This document shows, in pieces, positions 47,144-56,897 of a DNA stretch of 64,000 nt. The DNA is from Planctomycetota bacterium. Lineage in GTDB: Bacteria; Planctomycetota; SZUA-567; H5-PLA8. A program made the translations under genes and the position numbers. Positions within the stretch are counted from its first letter, which is position 1; each line of letters begins with the position of its first letter. The notes under the pieces were generated by a model. The model did not search any database and had not been told where the DNA came from. It was given only the letters and a program-made list of their open reading frames with translations. The DNA is taken from assembly GCA_038227875.1 (NCBI GenBank), contig JBBRPR010000002.1:160001-224000 (forward strand), in the 5' to 3' direction.

Positions 47144-48454
47144 TTAAAAGTCGAGGCGGAAGTCGTGGCCGAGGTAGCGGGCGCGAGCGTCAGGATTTGC
47201 CACGATTTCGCGCGGCGGGCCGTGAATCCAGATGGTGCCTTCGTCCATAATATAGGTGCGGTCAGTGATCGTCAGCGTTTCACGCACATTATGGTCGGTC
47301 AGCAGCACACCGACGCCCTGGCTCTTCAGGTCTCGCAAAATGCCCTGAATTTCGCTCACCGCGATCGGGTCGATGCCGGCGAAGGGTTCGTCGAAAAGCA
47401 CCACGCGTGGCCGCAGGGACATGGCGCGCGCGATTTCCAGGCGGCGGCGTTCACCGCCGGAGAGCACCGACGCCATGCTCTTGCGGACGGTGTTCAAGCC
47501 GAGGTCGGAGATCAGCGATTCGAGGCGATCCAGGCGCTTTTTCTTGTCGCGTTCCTGCAGTTCCAAAATGGCGAGCAGATTTTCTTCGACCGTCAGCCGC
47601 TGAAAAATACTGGGCTGCTGCGCGAGGTAACCGATGCCGCGGTTGGCGCGTTCGTACATCGGAATGCGCGAGATGTCGCGGTTTTCGTACATGACCTTGC
47701 CCTGGTCCGGGTGGAGCAGGCCCATGATCATGCGGAACGTCGTCGTCTTTCCGGCTCCGTTGCGGCCCAGCAGTCCCACGATTTCACCCGCGCCGACTTC
47801 GATGTCCACGCCACGCACGACTTCGCGCTTGCCGAATTTCTTGCGCAACCCCGTCGCCGACAGCACGGCCTGCGGCGGAGCCGAAGGAATCTGCGCGTTG
47901 ATCTTCTGCCAGTTCATGCCCGACGGCATCGGGATGATTCCCGAGGCCAGCGGCATGTACGTCGACGGAATGCGGTTGAGCTGGCCGGACCCGGACGCCG
48001 ACAGCGTCGCCGGCATCGATCCAGACAGCGCCGGCAGATGAGAAGCCGACGCGACCGCTCCGCCGCTGGCGAAAGTGGCCATCGGGATGCCATCGGAAGG
48101 AAGCGGAGCCGACGGCCCGCCAAACGGAGAATCGGGTTCCGGCGCGAGGCGGCGCGACGACGCGGGATTCGCCGAGACCTGTGCAGCCGGCGCCGGCGGA
48201 ATCTGGATGACGGTAACCGGAGGTTCTTCCACCGGAGGGATTGGCGCGGGCGCAGGAGTCGTCACCGCGGCGTGAGTGCCATTGCCGTTTTTCGGCTCAG
48301 TCGGATCTGACGATGCCGGCGGTTCGGGCGTGAGCGGAACGGCAGTGGGCAAAGGCTCCCCAACGGGCAGCGTCTCCCCGGCCGGCGACGTCTCCCCAAC
48401 GGGCGCTTGCGCGTCCGATGGCACTGTCGTTTCCGAGGCCGATGAATCTGCCAA
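47144..48454 (-). CDS. lptB: LPS export ABC transporter ATP-binding protein with long Pro-rich N-terminal extension
   Basis: GLLGRNGAGKTTTF, GIGYLAQQPSIF, LSGGERRRLEIAR, DEPFAGIDPIAV, LLTDHNVRETL, YLG.DF. Confidence 0.9.
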   Translation of the reverse strand: MADSSASETTVPSDAQAPVGETSPAGETLPVGEPLPTAVPLTPEPPASSDPTEPKNGNGTHAAVTTPAPAPIPPVEEPPVTVIQIPPAPAAQVSANPASSRRLAPEPDSPFGGPSAPLPSDGIPMATFASGGAVASASHLPALSGSMPATLSASGSGQLNRIPSTYMPLASGIIPMPSGMNWQKINAQIPSAPPQAVLSATGLRKKFGKREVVRGVDIEVGAGEIVGLLGRNGAGKTTTFRMIMGLLHPDQGKVMYENRDISRIPMYERANRGIGYLAQQPSIFQRLTVEENLLAILELQERDKKKRLDRLESLISDLGLNTVRKSMASVLSGGERRRLEIARAMSLRPRVVLFDEPFAGIDPIAVSEIQGILRDLKSQGVGVLLTDHNVRETLTITDRTYIMDEGTIWIHGPPREIVANPDARARYLGHDFRLDF

Positions 48455-48488
48455 ACCCGTTACGCTCCCTTAGGTTCCCGAATTGACC

Positions 48489-50207
48489 TTACCTTATAAT
48501 CCGGGCGCGGGACGGTGGCCATGCAATAAATGAGGCCCGCCCCACTAAATTCTCGCGCGGCACAAACCCCCACACGCGCCCATCAGAGGAAGACGGCGAA
48601 TTGTCGCCGAGCATCAAATAATATCCCTTCGGAACCGTGGCGTCGTAGCGCCCGTCCTCGTCAATGCTGCGCAAGTTCTGCTGGTTGCTGGTGATGGAGT
48701 TTCGATCCGTGCGCCAGCGGTCTTCGCGTTTGAGCTGCATCCACTTCGTATTTTCGAACTGCGGCTTGATCATCGAGGTGTGATGAAGGTCGCGATAAAG
48801 ATCCAGTTTCGTCACGCTGCCCTTGAAGCCGTCGAAGCGGACATGCGCCACGTTGTCGATGCCTTCGACCACCGCGCCGGGAATTTCGAAGTCGATCAGC
48901 CGCCGCTCGACTTCAACGCCGTCGAGCGATGCGATCACCGTCGCATCAACATAAGCCAGCGACAGCTTGTGTGCGCCCGGGCTGAGCGTCGTGGCTTTGG
49001 TCACCGGATGCACGGACGCCGTTTCCGCCGCAGCCGCGCCGCCGATCGTCCAGGACGCGCAGTGCAGCGAGTTGCCCGCTTCGATCGTGATCGTGCCGGG
49101 CGTCTGGACGTCGAGGTCCATGTCGATGCGCAGGTCGCCGACGGTCTTGTCGCCGCCATAGAAAAACTTCGCGCTGCCGGCCGTCATGATTGGACCGGAA
49201 GTGGCGTCGATGGAAATGGGAAACATCACCTGCTTGCAATTGGGACACTGCACGCCTTCCCACGTATGGAAAATGTAGGAAGTGATGTTCTCCGACTTTT
49301 CGTTGGGGTCGCGGAAGAGCGTGCCGTCGTGGCTTTTCAATTCGGGCAGATGCGCCGCGGGACAATCCTTGTGCGTGAACGGCCAGCGCCCCTGTTTCAA
49401 ATAAACGTTGCTGACGCGGTAGAGGTAATTCAAATCCACTTTGGCCGTGCCGTCGAGCACCACGGACTTCGCTTTCCGCTCGATCCCCGGCGTGCCCGTG
49501 TTCGCGCCGCTCCACGGAAACGAAATCCGCGCGCGCTCGTCTTCCGGCGCATCCTTGTAGACATCGCCGGCCCAGGCCATCGCCACGGGATACCACAAGA
49601 TCTCCTGCACTTCCGGATCGACCTGCCATTTGCGGATGATCTTGTAGACGTCCTTGCCTTCAGCCTCGGTCGCTTTCTCGTCGCGCAGCCAGAGGTCTCC
49701 GCCGGCGATCTTGATGTGATCGCCCGGCAGTCCGCAGAGGCGTTTGATGTAATTGATCTTCTCCGATTTTCCCGACGCCGAGCCGCCGGCCCAATCGGTA
49801 TCGTATTGAAATACGACGACGTCGAAACGCTGCGGCTCACCCGCGACCGCAGTGCGCGCGTACGCCAGTCCAAATGCCAACGCAACACCAAAGAAGATCA
49901 GCCCGCCAATAATCCGCGAGCGCCAGCGCAAGTACGACCGCGAAGCGAAGAACCCCACGAGAATAATAACCAGCGCGCCCGCGCCAATCGCCAGAGTCAT
50001 TCCCGGCGCCGCGTAGGCGAGCTTGTTGGTGAGGATGCGATCGCCGTAATCTTCGTGCCCAAACAGCGTCGGCTCCATCGACCCCGACGGAATCTTGAAC
50101 GGCTCAGCGATCAGGAACCGCCCATAAAGAATCGCCGCAATCAGGAGCACCAACGCAAACGTGGAGTCCCAGAAAGGCGCGGATTTGGAGTCATTATTGT
50201 CGGTCAC
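48489..50207 (-). CDS. lepB: Signal peptidase I with large insertions
   Basis: PFKIPSGSMEPTL, RFDVVVF, NYIKRLCGLPGD, GDNSPSSSDGRVWGFVP; follows lepA. Confidence 0.92.
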   Translation of the reverse strand: MTDNNDSKSAPFWDSTFALVLLIAAILYGRFLIAEPFKIPSGSMEPTLFGHEDYGDRILTNKLAYAAPGMTLAIGAGALVIILVGFFASRSYLRWRSRIIGGLIFFGVALAFGLAYARTAVAGEPQRFDVVVFQYDTDWAGGSASGKSEKINYIKRLCGLPGDHIKIAGGDLWLRDEKATEAEGKDVYKIIRKWQVDPEVQEILWYPVAMAWAGDVYKDAPEDERARISFPWSGANTGTPGIERKAKSVVLDGTAKVDLNYLYRVSNVYLKQGRWPFTHKDCPAAHLPELKSHDGTLFRDPNEKSENITSYIFHTWEGVQCPNCKQVMFPISIDATSGPIMTAGSAKFFYGGDKTVGDLRIDMDLDVQTPGTITIEAGNSLHCASWTIGGAAAAETASVHPVTKATTLSPGAHKLSLAYVDATVIASLDGVEVERRLIDFEIPGAVVEGIDNVAHVRFDGFKGSVTKLDLYRDLHHTSMIKPQFENTKWMQLKREDRWRTDRNSITSNQQNLRSIDEDGRYDATVPKGYYLMLGDNSPSSSDGRVWGFVPRENLVGRASFIAWPPSRARIIR

Positions 50208-50225
50208 TGAGTGGCTCCGAACAAA

Positions 50226-50327
50226 TCATCACTCATCATTCATCACTCGTCATTCAGTATTCAGTATTCAGAATTCAGTTTTCGACATTCGACATTCGAC
50301 ATTCGACATTCGACATTCGACATTCGC
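50226..50327. repeat. Composite heptamer ladder ending in (TTCGACA)x6, between lepA and lepB
   Basis: Continuous 7-nt period: tcatcac tcatcat tcatcac tcgtcat tcagtat tcagtat tcagaat tcagttt tcgacat... Confidence 0.9.
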
Positions 50328-50328
50328 G

Positions 50329-52152
<1,824 letters not shown>

Positions 52153-52948
52153 TTGGATTTCTGTTTTTCTGCGTTTAATGAAACGCGCCCGGCCAACAGC
52201 CGGGCGCAACGGAAAACATTAACTCTACCCGAAGACCCACCGGAATGCCATAGCGCGTCTTGCGATTGCGTCCTCTCCCCCTGTGCGAATCACAAAGAAG
52301 AACTAGTGTCCCCCTCGTTTGAAGTCTGCGCCCATCGGCAGATGTCGTCCATGCAGCTTGCACTCAAGAGAGGGTGCCACTTCGTCTCGCCGTTGAGACC
52401 CGTGCGAGAGAGACCGGGGTGAGGGGATCTGCGTGGATCGTCAAAAGGCCCACTGCGTTTGCAATTTGGACCCCTGACGTACGTCTTGCAATCCAACCGC
52501 TGGAGTGTGCCACTGGTGGCTCGACCACCAGTGTCGACTTCACGAAGGAGGCTGCCAGTTCGATGCGCTCCGATCACGCGACTTCTCTCCTTTGGTGGAG
52601 AGAAGGGAAGCCGAGCGATTTTGAGTCCCGGCGTCAGACCGTCCGCCCCAACCGGGGCAAAATCTGAAAGCCAGGGGCAACGCCCCTGGAATTGACACCC
52701 GTGATTTTCAAAAGCTCTGAAAGAGCGAAATGCCGCCACCGATCCGCGAAACAGGACGATGTCTAATAAGGGTTGCGCCCCAGTCTGGAGCACCGCGCCA
52801 AACCAACCCGCACGGCCCCCGCCCGCCAACCATCGCTCTCGTCTTGCTCCGGAAGTTGGGTGCCATGCGTCTGAGGCCGTTTTCAGACGCATGCGTCGCG
52901 AATTGCACTTTAAGCGCGACTGTGGTCACGCCAGTATACAAATTTGAG

Positions 52949-55900
52949 TCAATAGTATTGCATGACTACATTGAAGCCGTCTTTAGGATTTCCCATTACA
53001 TAGAGCCTTCCAGAGTCCCCGAACATCCATCCAGCTTGATCGTTGGAAGGTATTTGAACAACCAAGGCCTCTTCGCTCTCCACATTTTGAATCCAATTCG
53101 CCCAGCCACCAAGCTTCAAGCCAGGCGACGGTTCCGCTCCCCAAATACAGGTTTCGTTTCTCACAGGCGCTTGCGGTAGTCGCGCGTCAAATTCCAAGTG
53201 CAGTAAGTCCCGCAGTTCGGACCATATTGGTAATTCGTCATGGATTACCGGCTTCAAAGTTAGCCTGCGTCGAGATTGGCTTGGTTCGGGTGCTCGGCCG
53301 GTCTGTTCACAAAACTGTTCGAGGCCGTCCGCAATATTTAACAATTGTACGATCGGACGTGTCGCGGAGTGTTGTTCCCACCAATCGTCACTCCAGAAAA
53401 TGGTCAGCAGCGATCCCGGCGGCGCGTCAAATGGAGCGGCACCGGCGGCCACGGCAGGATCAAGCGGGAGCTGCGCGACAAATCGAAGTCGCACATCGTC
53501 GCTGCACGGCCATTCGAAACCTATGGGAAGCCATGGCAATTTTCCCCATGCGCCTTCGGTGGGTGAAGGTGGGTCTGTAGTCCATACTGGTTCAAATATG
53601 CACGCTTTTCGCCTGCACGATTGGACCGCTAAGTTGATTTCCTGCTCCGCGTCCTTTGTGCTGCCACCTGGTGCCGAAGGCGCTGGGACTAACTTGTATT
53701 TCTCTTCAAGACACGACTCGCCACTCTCAAGCTGGACCAATTCCGCGGGTGGTAATTCTTCCGTCCGCCGGAGCGACCCGCTTCCGCCAACGAGCAGTCC
53801 TCGCGGTGTTTCAAAGTGCGCCGTTTCGGCGTTTACCACCGACCGGGCTAGAGACGATAAAATCTCGCTTTCGCCCGCGTCGAGCCACGACGGACGCGGA
53901 TTGTACGGAACGACGCGCACGTTGCTCCGACAAAGTTCTTCTGCTTCACCACAGGCCGCCTCGGTAAGCGGCCGGTGAATGACGACCGCCTGCGGAATTG
54001 CCTTCTGTACTTCCAGTGTATGAAATGCCAGCGGCGGCAAGCTTACGACATCGCCTTCGCACGGGCGCGGTAACAACGCGACGAAGCCAGACGCCTTTTC
54101 GGCGGTGATCAGCAAAGGCCTGCCGGGCGGTGCTTTCAACTTGGTGAGGATTCTGGAGGGAATCAGCGCTGTTCGTTCTTCAATTCGCTCCGACATGACG
54201 ACTGCAGATCGCGCGCTAAAATCGACACGCTTTTCCTGCCAATCATTTCCTGCATGCCCGCACAGAAGACGGCTTATATCGACCAGTCGTCGTCCCTCAC
54301 TGAGCTGCATGGTTTTTTCGCTGAGCAACGAGTTTGCAAACAATCCGTCGCATACCAACTGCAATTCACGCTGTTCATTGATCAGAATGACCTGTGGTGC
54401 TTTGAGCTCAATCAATTTCTTCAGGCGATTGTTGCGATTGATGACAATTCGGTAGAGCTCATTCAAGTCGGAGGTCGCCCAATTGCCGCTCTGAAGTTGT
54501 ACCAGCGGTCGAAAGTCGGGTGGAATCACCAGCACATGTTGTTGAATGATGCCGAGCAGCCCCTTGCGGACCCCGAGATCTACGCCCTCAAGCAAAGCAC
54601 GAATCGCAACTGCCCCGATTCCCAAATCTTGAATACCAACGCCGGTAACAGGGTTCTTCGCATCTGCAAATTCGAACGCTCCTGATTGCGTGCGAATCAC
54701 CCGCTGTTTGCATTGCACTACATTTTCGATGTCGGCTTTCGAAAATTTCAAGGGCGCCAGAAGTTCTTCAAGAACGGAGGGTGTATCCATGCGCCAGAAG
54801 AATGGCACAATCGGTTGAGCGAGCGCAATATGGCCGAATCGATTGCGTCGCGCGCCGCGCTCAGGCCCAAATATACGTTCACAAAACAATGCGTCTGGAG
54901 TTGGTTTGAGTGTGGCATAGTTGAGCGTTTCCGGCCGCCAAACTTCGCCCGATGAACGCGCCAGCAATTCGTCCCGAGTCGCGACTCGAACCGTGACTTC
55001 CACGTGATCGCCGTCGCGCTCCAGCGAGGGGTATAGGCCCATGCCCCACAGGTACACTTCCACCTGCCTCAGACTCTCAGGCATTCCTGCTTCGGGAAAT
55101 CCTACATTGCTGCGATAGGCCCCGCGTAAGAGTTTGCGGCTACTCATATCATCGCATTTCAAGCTAGTGAATTCGGTCACGTTGGCCATCATTCCGCGCT
55201 CGCGCAGCCAGCGGATTTGGCTCACTGACACTTCAAGTCCACCACTGCGCGACTTGCCGCCCAATGGTCGGCAACTGATCAATGAATATGGGCCGATTCC
55301 CCGTGCATGCAAGAATTCACTCGCCGTGGTTTCGGCTTTGCCAATCGCCAGGCGTCGGACCTCACCTGCTTTCAGGCCGGCAAGTCGTGTTCCCAGTGCG
55401 TCAAGTTCAATGTCAACGCCGTCACCGAGCGATACGTCAACGCGAGACACAATGCCCAATTCTGATTCACCCCAGATCAGGACATCGCCAGGATTGATTT
55501 CGCGCTCCAGAACGAGACGAACTTTCACTTTGCCGCGAATCTTCGCCGAAGTAGTGCGCGGAAGATCGCGGCGCGAGAGCACCTCCACGGTGTCAATCTT
55601 GGAGCCGTTTGATCCGGGAGGAGCTTCCAGACTATCGCTGCATACCCGCTGCATGCCTGACGGAACCTTATCCTCTCCCTTGAGGGCGTGGCGGACGTAT
55701 ACCACGCTGGCGAGCACGTCGCCTTCATTGACGAGTGCGCCCTGCGGCATACAGCCCCGGTCATCCAGTTTTGCAAGCTGCGCGGCGGTGAGAAAAGGAT
55801 TGTCCTTTGCCAGACGATGAAATCCATATTCCGTCTTCGCCAGCTCCACTTCGCAATCAAACTCATGCTTGGACGCAAAAATTCGGGCGTCAGTGATATG

Positions 55901-56011
55901 CGGCGACAGATGAATTCCCGTTCCTGCGGCTCGCGTCGATCCACGAACATTCAAGTAGGGGCAACCATTCAGAGAGTTGTTTGACAAGTTTACTAAGCTG
56001 GCGATTCGCAT
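52949..56011 (-). CDS. Divergent RNA polymerase beta(C-terminal)/beta-prime(N-terminal) fusion lacking the catalytic motif, with C-terminal DUF1963/YwqG-like domain
   Basis: RpoB-like AQLAKLDDRG...VNEGDVL, HARGIGPYSLISCRPLGGK, GMPES. RpoC-like SSGEVWRPETLNY.TLKP..DALFCERIFGP, PPDFRPLVQL..G.WATSDLNELYR.VINRNNRLKKL, KRVDFSARS. C-terminal FVAQL, KLGGWANWIQ, WMFGDSG.LY. Start set at the ATG after GAGGG; the frame is open to 56119. Confidence 0.85.
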   Translation of the reverse strand: MRIASLVNLSNNSLNGCPYLNVRGSTRAAGTGIHLSPHITDARIFASKHEFDCEVELAKTEYGFHRLAKDNPFLTAAQLAKLDDRGCMPQGALVNEGDVLASVVYVRHALKGEDKVPSGMQRVCSDSLEAPPGSNGSKIDTVEVLSRRDLPRTTSAKIRGKVKVRLVLEREINPGDVLIWGESELGIVSRVDVSLGDGVDIELDALGTRLAGLKAGEVRRLAIGKAETTASEFLHARGIGPYSLISCRPLGGKSRSGGLEVSVSQIRWLRERGMMANVTEFTSLKCDDMSSRKLLRGAYRSNVGFPEAGMPESLRQVEVYLWGMGLYPSLERDGDHVEVTVRVATRDELLARSSGEVWRPETLNYATLKPTPDALFCERIFGPERGARRNRFGHIALAQPIVPFFWRMDTPSVLEELLAPLKFSKADIENVVQCKQRVIRTQSGAFEFADAKNPVTGVGIQDLGIGAVAIRALLEGVDLGVRKGLLGIIQQHVLVIPPDFRPLVQLQSGNWATSDLNELYRIVINRNNRLKKLIELKAPQVILINEQRELQLVCDGLFANSLLSEKTMQLSEGRRLVDISRLLCGHAGNDWQEKRVDFSARSAVVMSERIEERTALIPSRILTKLKAPPGRPLLITAEKASGFVALLPRPCEGDVVSLPPLAFHTLEVQKAIPQAVVIHRPLTEAACGEAEELCRSNVRVVPYNPRPSWLDAGESEILSSLARSVVNAETAHFETPRGLLVGGSGSLRRTEELPPAELVQLESGESCLEEKYKLVPAPSAPGGSTKDAEQEINLAVQSCRRKACIFEPVWTTDPPSPTEGAWGKLPWLPIGFEWPCSDDVRLRFVAQLPLDPAVAAGAAPFDAPPGSLLTIFWSDDWWEQHSATRPIVQLLNIADGLEQFCEQTGRAPEPSQSRRRLTLKPVIHDELPIWSELRDLLHLEFDARLPQAPVRNETCIWGAEPSPGLKLGGWANWIQNVESEEALVVQIPSNDQAGWMFGDSGRLYVMGNPKDGFNVVMQYY

Positions 56012-56224
56012 AGAGCCCTCTTCGCGCAATAGTCCCATCGTGCGTTGAAGATGGGCTAGTCGATATTGACTTGCTACGCTGTTGTCGCCCACTTTTAGCT
56101 TAAAATTATGAACTCGCAACCCCGCAGCGTTCGCGAAGTCTCTCAGGCCGACTGAAGTGTGTCGATCCTACTTCAGACCATAGGCAAGCCCCGACACGCG
56201 CCCCCGTACCTTTCTGCACATCAT

Positions 56225-56600
56225 GTATTATAAAATCTTTTTTACTAAAAGTACAGAAAACACTTGACTTTTGCGTTTCTCGACCGCTTATATACTATAG
56301 AGAAATATGAAAATCGTCCGTTACGGCCTCGCTTCGCTACCTGCACATAAAGCCCCGGCCACCTAATCTTGGGCCTGCCCTCAAACGCGTTCCAGCGGCT
56401 CCTGAGCGCCTCCACAGTCCAAACCCGAATCCAATGGCCACCCGCACGCGGAATGCTCCACAGCCCCGAGAAACGCGAGGAAACGGCTGCCACCTAGTGC
56501 ATCTACTGAGAATCCAGTATTATAAAATCTTTTTAACTAAATTCAAAGAAAACACTTGACTTTTGGGTTCGAGAGTTGCTTTATATTATAGGAAAATATG
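56225..56600. repeat. Two direct copies (56225-56309 and 56517-56600) of an ~85-bp AT-rich promoter-like unit
   Basis: Both read gtattataaaatcttttt.actaaa...agaaaacacttgacttttg...tata.tatag..aaatatg; 292 bp apart. Confidence 0.85.
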
Positions 56601-56897
56601 CGATGCCCCGTCTCATGCCAAACCGCGCTCTCTTTACGTATTGGCGCCCTTGGTGCCATGTGATCGCAGCACCGACCAAGCCTCGCTCTACCACCACAAC
56701 CCTACTCAATGTGCACCCAGGAAGGAGACCCCAACCCTGTAACATTTGGTAACATTCTGTAACAGTGCACGGAGAATATCCCATCACGCCAAATCACAAT
56801 TCCGCACGCGCCGGTGCCCAACTAATCCGCAATCCGCAATCCGCAATGCAGTTAATCCCCGTCCGCGTATAATCGAAAGCCTCTGCGAGGAGAATCT

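Noticed and set aside
52290..52892. 200-aa ORF upstream of lepA
   Set aside because: It runs through a cluster of hairpins, has no recognisable motifs or host-like codon bias, and is probably spurious.
52949..56119. Housekeeping rpoB/rpoC or a functional phage-type RNA polymerase
   Set aside because: Only parts of each subunit are present, NADFDGD is absent, and there is no ribosomal-protein or phage context.
56225..56600. CRISPR array or leader
   Set aside because: Only two long imperfect copies 292 bp apart, which does not fit repeat-spacer geometry.
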